A stretch of 63,150 nt of DNA from an uncultured Flavobacteriales bacterium (GTDB lineage Bacteria; Bacteroidota; Bacteroidia; Flavobacteriales; BACL11): contig CALJFR010000001.1 of assembly GCA_938073745.1 (NCBI GenBank), positions 1 to 63,150 on the forward strand, in the 5' to 3' direction. Below, in pieces: positions 10,801-19,334 of this stretch (position 1 is the stretch's first letter; every line of letters begins with the position of its first letter). The translations under genes and the position numbers were made by a program. Under the pieces are notes generated by a model. It was not told the DNA's origin. It saw only the letters and a program-made list of their open reading frames with translations, and searched no databases.

Positions 10801-10929
10801 GAATTCTTAAATAATTATGATGGTGAATTTTCTAAAAATATTAATCTTCATAATAAATCTAAAGGTGTGTATTATTTGGAAATTACTACACCTAATGGCA
10901 TTATCAATAAGAAATTAATTCTACAGTAA
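7807..10929 (+). CDS. T9SS-secreted FG-GAP/VCBS beta-propeller protein with SprB-type repeats and five Cys-pair modules
   Basis: 1040 aa with a signal peptide. Repeated D.[ND].DG..D[IL] loops (DLNGDGVMDIVIGG, DLNSDGINDVIISG, DVDGDSYKDILISNGG, DLDGNGLLDLVYS). SprB-like units (CNGSSDGNISLNLVGTPPYTYLWSN...). C-terminal type-A sorting domain (VYPNPSNDVFNIQF...GVYYLEITTPNGIINKKLILQ). Confidence 0.85.
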   Translation: MRYIFLNLFFLLSVFSNAQNWQSFTDSIGTFSSARSSDLNGDGVMDIVIGGGVDSLFSNNGVMAYNGVDGSLLWKRSSRDELFGSAIFQDLNSDGINDVIISGRAAQLLAIDGSNGSLLWDFFPYGTNPADSGLYNFYNPQFIDDVDGDSYKDILISNGGDHSAPSFQSNRPPGHLMVISAQNGGVIEKAVVPDSSEIYCSPLVADIKNDGNQWVLYGTGGENYGGSFFAVLLSDLLLGDISNSIVLDTDPNKGFIAPAAIHQTSSGSYDIIIQSYDGLITKIDGQTFSNLWTYQKSGTESSAEPVIGNFTGDLTPDVLLVLFNGVAPAYNDYFQVMLDGQDGSVQFIDSLGAINFASANAVDLNNDGRDEGIFSITYFDNGYFVNKVQSIDFNNDTIIMLDQVRTGVNIASTPLIADLDGNGLLDLVYSVREDSLNPVGLKGINVYRHELTSVIPNSGIAWGSYLGTNMNGSYNSNLTACWPGTIISNFNRVFPSCNGSSDGNISLNLVGTPPYTYLWSNQSTDSTIDNLSSGTYWVQVTDSSGCYELVTINLPDPYAIIFGEIASPTCVGDTNGTATVVSSGCPCMFTLCTFLWDNGVTSKTNLSLSQGWHSVAITHASGCVVVDSVFIPSSYNGGMSAASACDSYTWDSNTYTSSGIYFNTYTDTSGCDSVHTLNLTIYNSDTTTTIISSCNNYIWNGVSYDSTGLYSNIFTNENGCDSLAFLDLRIFNSDTNIISIISCDSYNWNGISYDSSGIYSALFTNENGCDSLVDLNLTIESSSSTSSFETSCDNYIWDGIEYISSGVYTNTYSNSQGCDSIHTLNLTINTSDTTTINVISCESYLWNGTSYDSSGVYSSLYNNSFGCDSLVFLDLSIINTIAEIIAPLNPNNIDLTVNVISGISPFTYKWNTGETTPVITPSNNGEYWVIVTDFNVCISDTIYFNVDWIPSNVSEFQIDKLNVYPNPSNDVFNIQFKSIINQYISIRIINVIGEEIYTEFLNNYDGEFSKNINLHNKSKGVYYLEITTPNGIINKKLILQ
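9739..10437 (+). repeat. intragenic tandem repeat, 5 units with exact 147-nt (49-codon) period
   Basis: Unit-initial Cys codons fall at 9739, 9886, 10033, 10180 and 10327. Each unit follows C-[DNE]-[SN]-Y-x-W-[DN]-[SG]-x-x-Y-x-S-[ST]-G-[ILV]-Y-(8)-G-C-D-S-[ILV]-x-x-L-[ND]-L-x-I. Confidence 0.9.
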
Positions 10930-10943
10930 ATCTTTATTGATAA

Positions 10944-10951
10944 TATCTTTG
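10944..10951 (+). promoter_or_regulatory. candidate -7 promoter box TATCTTTG
   Basis: Exact TAnnTTTG, 28 nt upstream of the SDR ATG at 10980. Confidence 0.35.
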
Positions 10952-10979
10952 TTAAGAGTTTTTTAATTAAAAAAAAAAT

Positions 10980-11687
10980 ATGAATTTAAAGGGAAAGAAT
11001 GTTATTGTTACTGGTGGAAGTCTTGGAATAGGAAAGGAAACGGCTAAAGCATTGGTAGAAAAAGGAGCTAACGTTTTAATTACTGGAAGATCTGAAGATA
11101 GATTGCTTAAAGCAAAATTATATTGTAATGCTGAAACAATTGAATTTGATATTTCTGATTTTGATAATATTCCAAAATTTGCAAAAGAATGCTTATCAAT
11201 TCTTGAAAATAGAGTTGATGTTTTAATTAATAATGCCGGAATTGGAGTAAGAAGCTCAATAGAAGAATTAAACATTGATGATTTCTTAAAAGTATTTAAT
11301 GTCAATGTTTTTGGATTATCTCTTTTTACTAAAGAAATTGTACCTCTAATGAAAGAAAATAAAAGTGGTACAATAATAAATATAGGATCAACAGCCAGTT
11401 TAAAAGGATATCAAACAGGTAGCATATACTCAGCATCTAAGTTTGCTGTTAGATGTCTGTCGCAGTGTTGGCAAGCAGAATTAAGACCTTTTAACATTAG
11501 AGTATGTCAAGTAAATCCAAGCGAAGTTACTACCGCATTTGGAAATACTTCAAGAATAGAGAGGGCAGAAGTTCATAATAAACTTACACCAAAAGAAATA
11601 TCGCATTCTATTATTTCTGCAATTGAAATGGATGATAGAGGTTTTATAAATGAGCTTAATGTTTGGGCAACTAATCCATTTAACTAA
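10980..11687 (+). CDS. SDR-family NAD(P)-dependent oxidoreductase
   Basis: 235 aa. TGGSLGIG cofactor motif, NNAG, and YSASK (YxxxK) catalytic motif. Confidence 0.9.
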   Translation: MNLKGKNVIVTGGSLGIGKETAKALVEKGANVLITGRSEDRLLKAKLYCNAETIEFDISDFDNIPKFAKECLSILENRVDVLINNAGIGVRSSIEELNIDDFLKVFNVNVFGLSLFTKEIVPLMKENKSGTIINIGSTASLKGYQTGSIYSASKFAVRCLSQCWQAELRPFNIRVCQVNPSEVTTAFGNTSRIERAEVHNKLTPKEISHSIISAIEMDDRGFINELNVWATNPFN

Positions 11688-12400
11688 ATCGTAATTGATT
11701 TAGAAAATAAGAAGTTATAATATTTTTTACAATCTTGTGCAAGCATTTCGTTTTTAGGGCTTAGATTAAAATCTTTTATTTCATAATTATTAAACCCTTT
11801 ACTGTTATGAACATTTTTGTACCAATACTTTGCCCAAATTCCATCTGCTTTTTTAGGACCTTCTGACCATTTTAGCATATTATTTGAATATGAGATTTCT
11901 AATTTATCACACAGGATAGTAAGTATTTCTTTTGGATTTTTTAATAAAATACTAGAGTCAAGAACTACAGGATTATTATTCGTTTTAATTAGATGATTAT
12001 ATAATTCATACTGCTGCATTACACCAATATCTTTAATAGTTGGATTAGGAATTACTTTATTGTAAGAGTTAATAATTTCTCTAGGGTCTCGAATAAATAT
12101 TATGTTGCTTACTTTTTTTAAAAAATCTAGATCAAGATCAATCAAAAAATGTGTCATTAATTTATGAAAATTAATATCTTTTTTAGGTTCTAGAATAATT
12201 TGATTTATAACTTTTTCACTATCAGTTTCCATATTATTAATCACCTCCATGTATCCTGGATGTTGCAATCTAGTTTTATGTAAGTAATATCCATATAGAG
12301 CTTCATCATAAATCTCTGTATCTTTTCTATTACCAAAGGAATACATTAGTGCAGTAGAAATATTTCTTGGACATGACCAAAGACATATTATTTTTTTCAT
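11684..12400 (-). CDS. sulfotransferase-like protein (PAPS-type)
   Basis: 238 aa. N-terminal CPRNISTAL resembles the 5'-PSB loop. IFIRDPREIINSY resembles the 3'-PB (RDP..xxS) motif of sulfotransferases. Family assignment is from motif memory only. Confidence 0.5.
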   Translation of the reverse strand: MKKIICLWSCPRNISTALMYSFGNRKDTEIYDEALYGYYLHKTRLQHPGYMEVINNMETDSEKVINQIILEPKKDINFHKLMTHFLIDLDLDFLKKVSNIIFIRDPREIINSYNKVIPNPTIKDIGVMQQYELYNHLIKTNNNPVVLDSSILLKNPKEILTILCDKLEISYSNNMLKWSEGPKKADGIWAKYWYKNVHNSKGFNNYEIKDFNLSPKNEMLAQDCKKYYNFLFSKSITI

Positions 12401-12471
12401 ATTTCAAAAATAAAAAATCTCCACTTTTAATTAGAAAATTAAACTAGAATAGTGTTGTATATTTGTTTTAA

Positions 12472-12567
12472 GTTATTGAAAATAAATCATACAAAGAAGC
12501 TTCAGAAATACTAGATATTTCAATAAAGGCAGCTGAATCTTTATTTAGTAGAGCAAAAAAAAATTAA
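12472..12567 (+). pseudogene. relic of the C-terminal (region 4.2 HTH) end of an ECF/sigma-70 family sigma factor
   Basis: The frame opens just after a TAA at 12469-12471 and reads VIENKSYKEASEILDISIKAAESLFSRAKKN*. This closely matches the usual ..G.SY.EI[AS]E.L.IS..[TA]V.S.L.RAKK.L tail of ECF sigma factors. No upstream regions 2 or 3 and no start codon. Confidence 0.45.
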
Positions 12568-12658
12568 AAAACTCTTAAAAATTGAAGATAATTGAATTTT
12601 TTATCGTCTAATTAATATAGTGTAAAAAACATGAAAATTACTGAGAAAAGTTGATTGC

Positions 12659-14425
12659 ATGAGATTTAATTTCCTTTTATCATTAATATTTATAATATCA
12701 TTACAAACTTCTGCTCAAAAAAGATGTTCAACTAATGAGCATGTTGAAATATTAAAAAATAAATATCCTGAATATGAACTACAGAGAGAAAAAATAAATT
12801 TTGAAACAAAAAATTGGATAGAAAATCATTACATCTCAAATTCAAAATCTATTATTACAATTCCTGTAGTTGTTCATGTTGTTTGGAACACTAGTGCAGA
12901 AAATATTTCTGATCAACAAGTTATCTCTCAGATTGATGTTTTAAATGCTGATTTTAGAAGAACAAATATAGATGCAATAATGACACCTAATGTCTGGCAA
13001 GGAATTGCCGCGGACACAGAAATTGATTTCTGTCTAGCTACAGTTGATCCCAATGGAGCACTAACTACTGGTATTACAAGAACGCAAACTAGCCAAACAT
13101 CATTCTCAATTCAAACAGACAATATGAAATCTACTGCCTCCGGTGGTATTGATCCTTGGGATCAAGATAAATATCTCAATATTTGGGTTTGTGATTTATC
13201 AGGTGGTATATTGGGATATGCTACTCCTCCTTCTAGCTTTAACAATCCAGATGATGGTGTTGTAATTGGCTACAGATATTTTGGTACTATGGGAAGTGTA
13301 CAAGCTCCATATAACAAAGGAAGAACATGCACACATGAAGTTGGTCATTGGCTAAATTTAGACCACGTGTGGGGAAATGGAGGTAATTGTGGCAACGACA
13401 ATGTTAATGACACCCCTACCCAAGAAGAAGAGAATTACAATTGTCCTGCTTTTCCTCATAATGCAAATAGCTGTGGCACATCTAATTCTAGTGGAGATAT
13501 GTTTATGAACTATATGGACTATACAAATGATGGGTGTATGAACTTATTCACATTAGGTCAAAAAGCAAGAATGATCGCTGCAATTAATCAATATAGACCA
13601 GACCTTTTAAGTCATAATTTATGTAGTACTGTCCCGCCAGTTCCATCTTGGAACTGTGTAAATGGTAATTGTGTAGACCCTTTAAATGGTAATGGTATAT
13701 ATTCGGACTTAAGTAATTGTCAAGCATCATGTTTTTGCGCAGCAGAAACTCCACCTGTTTCTGAAGATTTTCAGAGTGGACTTCCAAGCTGGACAATAAT
13801 TAACAATGATGGAGGTGATACTTGGGAAATTACAAATTCTGCAGGTTACAGTAGCACTTCTTCTATTTATATAAATAATGCAGAATATTCTGCAAATGGT
13901 CAATATGATGACCTTGTACTACCAACTCTTGATCTCACATCATATTCTAGCATATATCTTACTTTTGATTACGCATACAGTTTATGGACAAATCCTGCTT
14001 CTGCTCAAAACTGGTCAGATACTTTAATCATATATGTTTCTGATGATTGTGGCAACACTTGGACTAACGTCTGGGAAAAAGCAGGATTAAATCTTGTAAC
14101 TACTAGCCCATCTTACAACGGTTTTAGCTGGACACCTAGCAACAATAATGATTGGAAATCTGAAGTAATTGATCTCTCTAGCTATACCAACCAAGATGAT
14201 TTTGCCATCAAATTTAGAAACGTAAATCAATATGAAAACAATTTATTTTTAGACAATATTAACCTGTGGGATAATAATACTAGTGTTAATCAATTGCCGT
14301 TAAATAGCAGGAAATTGATTAAAGTAATTGATATTTTAGGAAGGAAAAAATCTTCGAATTCTCAAGCGGTATATCTTTACATCTATGATGATAATACAGT
14401 TGAGAAAAAAATTATTATAAAATAA
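12659..14425 (+). CDS. secreted zinc metalloprotease, M43 (pappalysin/cytophagalysin-like), with MAM/choice-of-anchor-J-like domain and short T9SS-type tail
   Basis: 588 aa with a signal peptide. HEVGHWLNLDHVWG (HExxHxxGxxH) plus a downstream MNYMDY Met-turn context. The second domain starts SEDFQSGLPSWTIINNDGGDTWE. The tail is LIKVIDILGRK..VYLYIYDDNTVEKKIIIK. Confidence 0.8.
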   Translation: MRFNFLLSLIFIISLQTSAQKRCSTNEHVEILKNKYPEYELQREKINFETKNWIENHYISNSKSIITIPVVVHVVWNTSAENISDQQVISQIDVLNADFRRTNIDAIMTPNVWQGIAADTEIDFCLATVDPNGALTTGITRTQTSQTSFSIQTDNMKSTASGGIDPWDQDKYLNIWVCDLSGGILGYATPPSSFNNPDDGVVIGYRYFGTMGSVQAPYNKGRTCTHEVGHWLNLDHVWGNGGNCGNDNVNDTPTQEEENYNCPAFPHNANSCGTSNSSGDMFMNYMDYTNDGCMNLFTLGQKARMIAAINQYRPDLLSHNLCSTVPPVPSWNCVNGNCVDPLNGNGIYSDLSNCQASCFCAAETPPVSEDFQSGLPSWTIINNDGGDTWEITNSAGYSSTSSIYINNAEYSANGQYDDLVLPTLDLTSYSSIYLTFDYAYSLWTNPASAQNWSDTLIIYVSDDCGNTWTNVWEKAGLNLVTTSPSYNGFSWTPSNNNDWKSEVIDLSSYTNQDDFAIKFRNVNQYENNLFLDNINLWDNNTSVNQLPLNSRKLIKVIDILGRKKSSNSQAVYLYIYDDNTVEKKIIIK

Positions 14426-14435
14426 GTTAAGGGTT

Positions 14436-14702
14436 TTAGTCTATAAAAGATGTAACTTTATAGTGGGTTTCTTGTCCTCCACCAGCCACATATTGTCTTA
14501 TTTTCTTGACATTTTCAAACTCTTTATGCTTTATACAAAATGTTTTAAATGAGTCTCTATTTTTTAAAAAAAATATTTCTTTAAAATCTTCTTTTACATA
14601 TTTATGTGATTTTAATCTGGTGTCTAATATATTTCCATTACTAATGAAGAAAAAAAGATTAAAAAAAATTTCAATAATTAAGACAAGAAGGATTGATTTC
14701 AT
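14436..14702 (-). CDS. hypothetical small protein with N-terminal hydrophobic segment
   Basis: 88-aa ORF, 27 nt downstream of the EamA gene on the same strand. No recognisable family. Could be spurious in AT-rich DNA. Confidence 0.25.
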   Translation of the reverse strand: MKSILLVLIIEIFFNLFFFISNGNILDTRLKSHKYVKEDFKEIFFLKNRDSFKTFCIKHKEFENVKKIRQYVAGGGQETHYKVTSFID

Positions 14703-14729
14703 GCTTTAAATATACTAAATATTTGTAAA

Positions 14730-15605
14730 TCAGATATTTAGAGAATTTTTATTAACCAAGTATATTCCTGAAAATATTAAAGCTACACCAATAAAATATT
14801 GGCCTATTAATTCCTCCCCATCTAAATATCCCCAAAACAAAGCAACGATAGGAATTAAATAAGTAACAGATGTTGCAAAGGTTGGGGATGAAATTTTAAT
14901 GAGCTTATAGAATATTACTCCTGCAAGTGCGGTACATATAATTGCTAAAATAGCTATGTAAGCAAGTGATTCATAAGCTTTATTATTATCAAATAGAATT
15001 ATAAAATCTGTACTAAAAACATAAACTCCAGAAAGTGGGCCAACAACTAAAAAAACAATAGTAGTTATATCAGTTGAATCTAGATCTTGAAGATACCTTT
15101 TAATAACATTTGCACTAATTGCATATAGTAAAGAGGCAAATACAATAAGATAGACGTAAATATTAACACTAATACTTTGATTAAGAGTATTTAATGAAAG
15201 AAAAACAGCCCCAACTAGACCTATAAAAACTCCCAGCAAATTCATTTTATGATATTTATGATTAAATACTATAACACCAATCCCAAAAGTGAATAAAGGG
15301 GTTAAAGAATTTAAAATTCCTACAAAAGAACTATCTAGGTAAGTTTGAGCAAGTGTAAATAAAAAGGCCGGTATTCCACTTCCAAAAAGTGCAGCAATTA
15401 TAATTGGAATATAATGTTTCCTTTTTATTTTTTTTAAAGCAGGAAAAACAAAAGGTACTAAAACAATAGAAGTTATAAATAATCTTAAAGCTGCAACTTG
15501 TTCATATGAAAAAACCTCTAAACCCTTTTTCATTAATATGAAAGAGCTACCCCATATTAATGATAAAATTATAAGATAAATATATCGGATTGAAAATATA
15601 TTCAA
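14730..15605 (-). CDS. DMT-superfamily (EamA-like) transporter
   Basis: 291 aa with about 10 hydrophobic helices in two EamA-like halves. Confidence 0.8.
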   Translation of the reverse strand: MNIFSIRYIYLIILSLIWGSSFILMKKGLEVFSYEQVAALRLFITSIVLVPFVFPALKKIKRKHYIPIIIAALFGSGIPAFLFTLAQTYLDSSFVGILNSLTPLFTFGIGVIVFNHKYHKMNLLGVFIGLVGAVFLSLNTLNQSISVNIYVYLIVFASLLYAISANVIKRYLQDLDSTDITTIVFLVVGPLSGVYVFSTDFIILFDNNKAYESLAYIAILAIICTALAGVIFYKLIKISSPTFATSVTYLIPIVALFWGYLDGEELIGQYFIGVALIFSGIYLVNKNSLNI

Positions 15606-15609
15606 AACT

Positions 15610-16152
15610 CTAATCCCATCTTAAAGATTCAATTAAAACTTTAATATCCTCTTTTATAAAATTATTAACTGGAGCTATAGAATCATTTATTTGTGTGTTA
15701 AAATAAAAAGATCCTCTAAAAAAATGATTAAGGCTATCTGTTAGATAAAACTGAGAAGAAGTTGCTGTAATGCCTTGGTAATCATAAAGCATTCCAAAAA
15801 CATTATTTTCATCATTAACATATACTTGCTCACTAATCATATCTGCCTGCTTATTATGTTTATATGCTAATGATCTTGATTGTTCAATATGTGCATTCAA
15901 ATCATCATTTAATTTCGCATAGGTGAGATGTAATTTACCTGAAAATTTTTTAAAATTAATATTTAAAAAATTAACATTTTTATCTCTTTCAACTTTGGTA
16001 TATTTTGGATACAAAAATGAAAACATTAATTTATCATCACTAAAAGTCTGATATTCTTTTTCAGGAAATTTAATCTTAAAAAAAGCTCTTGGCTTAGGAG
16101 TATAGTCACTTCCACAAGCAAATAAAAATAAGAACAATAGGCTATACCTCAT
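15610..16152 (-). CDS. gldD: gliding motility lipoprotein GldD
   Basis: 180 aa. Lipobox LFACGS, then PKPRAFFKIKFPEKEY. C-terminal SSQFYLTDSLNHFFRGSFYFNT matches my recollection of Flavobacterium johnsoniae GldD. Overlaps gldE by 11 nt. Confidence 0.75.
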   Translation of the reverse strand: MRYSLLFLFLFACGSDYTPKPRAFFKIKFPEKEYQTFSDDKLMFSFLYPKYTKVERDKNVNFLNINFKKFSGKLHLTYAKLNDDLNAHIEQSRSLAYKHNKQADMISEQVYVNDENNVFGMLYDYQGITATSSQFYLTDSLNHFFRGSFYFNTQINDSIAPVNNFIKEDIKVLIESLRWD

Positions 16153-17464
16153 CTAGCGTTATTTTTACTCTTTTAATCCTCCTTAAATCAACAGATTCAA
16201 TTTGGAAAACAAATCCTTTAATTTTTATTATATCTCCAATCTTTGGAATTATACCTTGATGCTCCAAAATCAATCCAGCTAAAGAATCCGACTCTCCTTT
16301 TAAATCATCAAAAAAATCTAAGTCAACTTTAACAATTTTTAAAAAATCTATTAATAGAATTTTACCTTCAAAAACATAATTTTTATCATCGAGTTTTGAA
16401 TAATTGTGATCTTCATCATCAAACTCATCATTAATCTCACCAACAATTTCCTCTAAAACATCTTCTAAAGTAACTATTCCAGAAGTACCTCCATATTCAT
16501 CCACAACAATAGCAATGTGATTTTTCTTTGCTTGAAACTCTTTGAGCAAATCGTTAATCATTTTATTCTCTGGAACAAAAAAAGGAAGTCTACACAAATC
16601 AATCCAGTTAAAATTATTGTCCTTGGAAAGGAAAGGTATTAAGTCTTTTATATATAAAATACCTAAAACATTATCAAATTGCTCGTCATAAATAGGTATT
16701 CTCGAGTAACCCGATGATGTAATAATTTTAAGAAGATCAGAGTATTTAGTATTTTTATCTACGGCTACAACATCAACTCTTGACTTCATAATTTCTTTAA
16801 CATCTGTATTACCAAACTCAACAATACTTCTTAAAATTTTACCTTCTTTCCCATCATTTTCTTGATCAGTAAGCTCTAATGCTTTTGAAATTTCATCAAT
16901 ATTAACATTTGATTCTTTTTTAATCAATCTATTTTCTATAAAAGATGTTGTTGAAACTAACAAAAAACTAAATGGATACAACAACTTATTTAAAAATGTA
17001 AGTGGCTTTGCCATTGACAAACTAAATTTTACAGCGTTCTGATTAGCATACACTTTTGGAGTTATCTCACCAAATAGGACCAATAGAGAAGTAATTATAA
17101 TAACTTGAAAAACAAACTCTAATATTGACCCTTCCGGAAAAGTAAAAGAAATACTTGTTAGATATGCAGATATGATAACAATAGCTACATTAATAAAATT
17201 ATTAGCTATTAATATTGTTGCTAATAAATGATTTGGTGATTTTAATAGTTTAAAAATCAATTTGTTTTTGGGATTATCTTCTCTCAATTTTTCAAGATCA
17301 GACATACTTAAAGAAAAATAAGATATTTCAGCCCCAGAAACAAAAGCAGAAAAAGTCAATAACAATACTATCAGAAAGAAAATTAAAACATTTTCAATTT
17401 GAAAAAAATGAATATCAACTTGAGAAAGTATATTTAGAGTAATGGGTAAAGGATCTTCTTTCAA
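16142..17464 (-). CDS. gldE: gliding motility protein GldE (DUF21-CBS-CorC_HlyC architecture)
   Basis: 440 aa. N-terminal membrane DUF21-like domain, CBS pair, and CorC/HlyC C-terminal domain. Sits immediately upstream of gldD and downstream of ssb, as in F. johnsoniae. Confidence 0.8.
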   Translation of the reverse strand: MKEDPLPITLNILSQVDIHFFQIENVLIFFLIVLLLTFSAFVSGAEISYFSLSMSDLEKLREDNPKNKLIFKLLKSPNHLLATILIANNFINVAIVIISAYLTSISFTFPEGSILEFVFQVIIITSLLVLFGEITPKVYANQNAVKFSLSMAKPLTFLNKLLYPFSFLLVSTTSFIENRLIKKESNVNIDEISKALELTDQENDGKEGKILRSIVEFGNTDVKEIMKSRVDVVAVDKNTKYSDLLKIITSSGYSRIPIYDEQFDNVLGILYIKDLIPFLSKDNNFNWIDLCRLPFFVPENKMINDLLKEFQAKKNHIAIVVDEYGGTSGIVTLEDVLEEIVGEINDEFDDEDHNYSKLDDKNYVFEGKILLIDFLKIVKVDLDFFDDLKGESDSLAGLILEHQGIIPKIGDIIKIKGFVFQIESVDLRRIKRVKITLDEV

Positions 17465-17478
17465 AGGAAAAATATTAA

Positions 17479-17862
17479 TTAAAAGGGTAAGTCATCTTCA
17501 GTAGATGGAGTAATATTATCTTCCGAATTCCCTGATCTTCCAAGCATATTTAACTTATCTGCTAGTATCTCAGTTTTATATCTGGTATTTTCATCTTTAT
17601 CAACCCATTTATTTGTTCTAATCTTTCCTTCAATATATACACTAGAACCTTTTTTCAAATATTTCTCAGCAATTTCAGCTAATCCTCGCCAAAGAACTAC
17701 ATCATGCCATTCAGTTTGACTAACACGGTCTCCCTCTTTGTTTTTATAGTTTTCAGTAGTAGCAATTGAAATGTTTGCAACAGCTACCCCATTATCTAAG
17801 TATCTAACTTCTGGATCTTTTCCCAGATTTCCAATAAGAATAACTTTATTTACTCCAGACAT
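17479..17862 (-). CDS. ssb: single-stranded DNA-binding protein
   Basis: 127 aa. MSGVNKVILIGNLGKDPEVRY OB-fold N-terminus and acidic tip ..EDDLPF. Confidence 0.95.
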   Translation of the reverse strand: MSGVNKVILIGNLGKDPEVRYLDNGVAVANISIATTENYKNKEGDRVSQTEWHDVVLWRGLAEIAEKYLKKGSSVYIEGKIRTNKWVDKDENTRYKTEILADKLNMLGRSGNSEDNITPSTEDDLPF

Positions 17863-17903
17863 AAACTTTTTTAATTTCCATGAACAAATTTAAAAAAAAA
17901 CTA

Positions 17904-18944
17904 TCAAACAGCTGATTGACTAAGATAGTTCTCTAAAAGCTTAGATACAGGAAGATCTAATAATTGGTCTTTTTTAAAGAGTTTATAGGCATTACTCTTT
18001 ACTTTATTACATTCTACATGAAAAAACTTAATATGTAATTTTTGATGAGATAGTTTATGTATAATAGTTGAAGAAACATTATTAATTTGAAAATTATTTT
18101 TAAAGAAAAAATTAGTCCACTGCTTGCTTTCAACAACTTTATTAACTGAAAGATCTTTTTTAAATTCTAATGAAGGAAATTCATATAAACCAGACCAAAT
18201 CCCTTTAATTTTCTTTTTTAAGAGAGTAGATTCTCCAATGTAGATAATTAAAAAATTTAGGTATCTATTCTTAACTTGAATTTTATTTTTTTTTCTAGGA
18301 AACATTTGAACTTCTGAACTGCTAAACGCAAAACATTCGTCTTGAAAAGTACAGCTAATACATTTTGGTTTTTTAGGTGTACAAACTAGGGCTCCAAACT
18401 CCATTATAGCTTGGTTATATGTATAACTATCTTTTTTTGGCAAATTAAAATCAGCAAGTTTTTTAAATTGCTTTTTCCCAACAGAAGTATCAAAACAACT
18501 ATCTATACCAAAAAATCTACTTAACACTCTAATAACATTTCCATCCAATACAGCATATCTTTTATTAAATGCAAAAGATAAGATTGCTGAAGCCGTATAA
18601 TCTCCAATACCTTTTAATTTTAATATATCATTGTAATTTTGAGGAAAATTACCATTGTATCTAGAGCAAATAAATTTAGCTGTATGATGTAGATTTCTCG
18701 CTCTAGAATAATAACCCAGTCCCTGCCAAAGTTTTAAAACTTTATCTTCACTAGATTTAGCCAAATCAAAAACAGTAGGAAATTCTCGTATAAAATTATT
18801 AAAGTACGGCAATCCCTGTTGGACTTTTGTTTGTTGTAATATAATTTCAGATAACCAAATTTTATAAGGATCATTAGTTTGCCTCCAAGGCAGATCTCTA
18901 CTATTGGTTTTATACCATGTAATTAATTGACTAGAAAAATTCAT
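17904..18944 (-). CDS. mutY: A/G-specific adenine DNA glycosylase MutY
   Basis: 346 aa. WYKTNSRDLPWRQTNDPYKIWLSEIILQQTKV, HhH-GPD block, Cys cluster CTPKKPKCISCTFQDEC, and a C-terminal NUDIX-like domain. Confidence 0.95.
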   Translation of the reverse strand: MNFSSQLITWYKTNSRDLPWRQTNDPYKIWLSEIILQQTKVQQGLPYFNNFIREFPTVFDLAKSSEDKVLKLWQGLGYYSRARNLHHTAKFICSRYNGNFPQNYNDILKLKGIGDYTASAILSFAFNKRYAVLDGNVIRVLSRFFGIDSCFDTSVGKKQFKKLADFNLPKKDSYTYNQAIMEFGALVCTPKKPKCISCTFQDECFAFSSSEVQMFPRKKNKIQVKNRYLNFLIIYIGESTLLKKKIKGIWSGLYEFPSLEFKKDLSVNKVVESKQWTNFFFKNNFQINNVSSTIIHKLSHQKLHIKFFHVECNKVKSNAYKLFKKDQLLDLPVSKLLENYLSQSAV

Positions 18945-18996
18945 TAATAAGAAAAGTATTTATAAAATATGAATTAAGGGGATAGATAAAATTTGA

Positions 18997-19004
18997 TATA
19001 TTTG
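18997..19004 (+). promoter_or_regulatory. candidate -7 promoter box TATATTTG
   Basis: Exact TAnnTTTG, 25 nt upstream of the HU ATG at 19030. Confidence 0.4.
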
Positions 19005-19029
19005 CAGTCAAATTTAGTAAAATATATTA

Positions 19030-19314
19030 ATGACAAAAGCAGAAGTTGTAAGTAAGATAGCATCAAAAACAGGAGTAGAAAAAGTAACAACTCTTGCTAT
19101 AGTAGAGTCATTTATGAGTGAAATTATGAGTGCTGTTTCAGAAAACGAAGCTGTATTTTTAAGAGGATTTGGAACATTCAAAGCAAAAAAAAGAGCTAAA
19201 AAAACCGGTCGTAACATTAAAAAAAATACAACTATTATTATACCAGAGCATCATATTCCTTCATTCAAACCTGCGAAGATTTTTGTGCAGGACGTAAAAA
19301 ATAAAGTAAAATAA
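19030..19314 (+). CDS. HU/IHF-family DNA-binding protein
   Basis: 94 aa. MTKAEVVSKIASKTG..., the FLRGFGTFKAKKRAKKTGRN arm, and IPEHHIPSFKPAK. Confidence 0.9.
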   Translation: MTKAEVVSKIASKTGVEKVTTLAIVESFMSEIMSAVSENEAVFLRGFGTFKAKKRAKKTGRNIKKNTTIIIPEHHIPSFKPAKIFVQDVKNKVK

Positions 19315-19334
19315 AACTTTAAAAAATATTTAAG

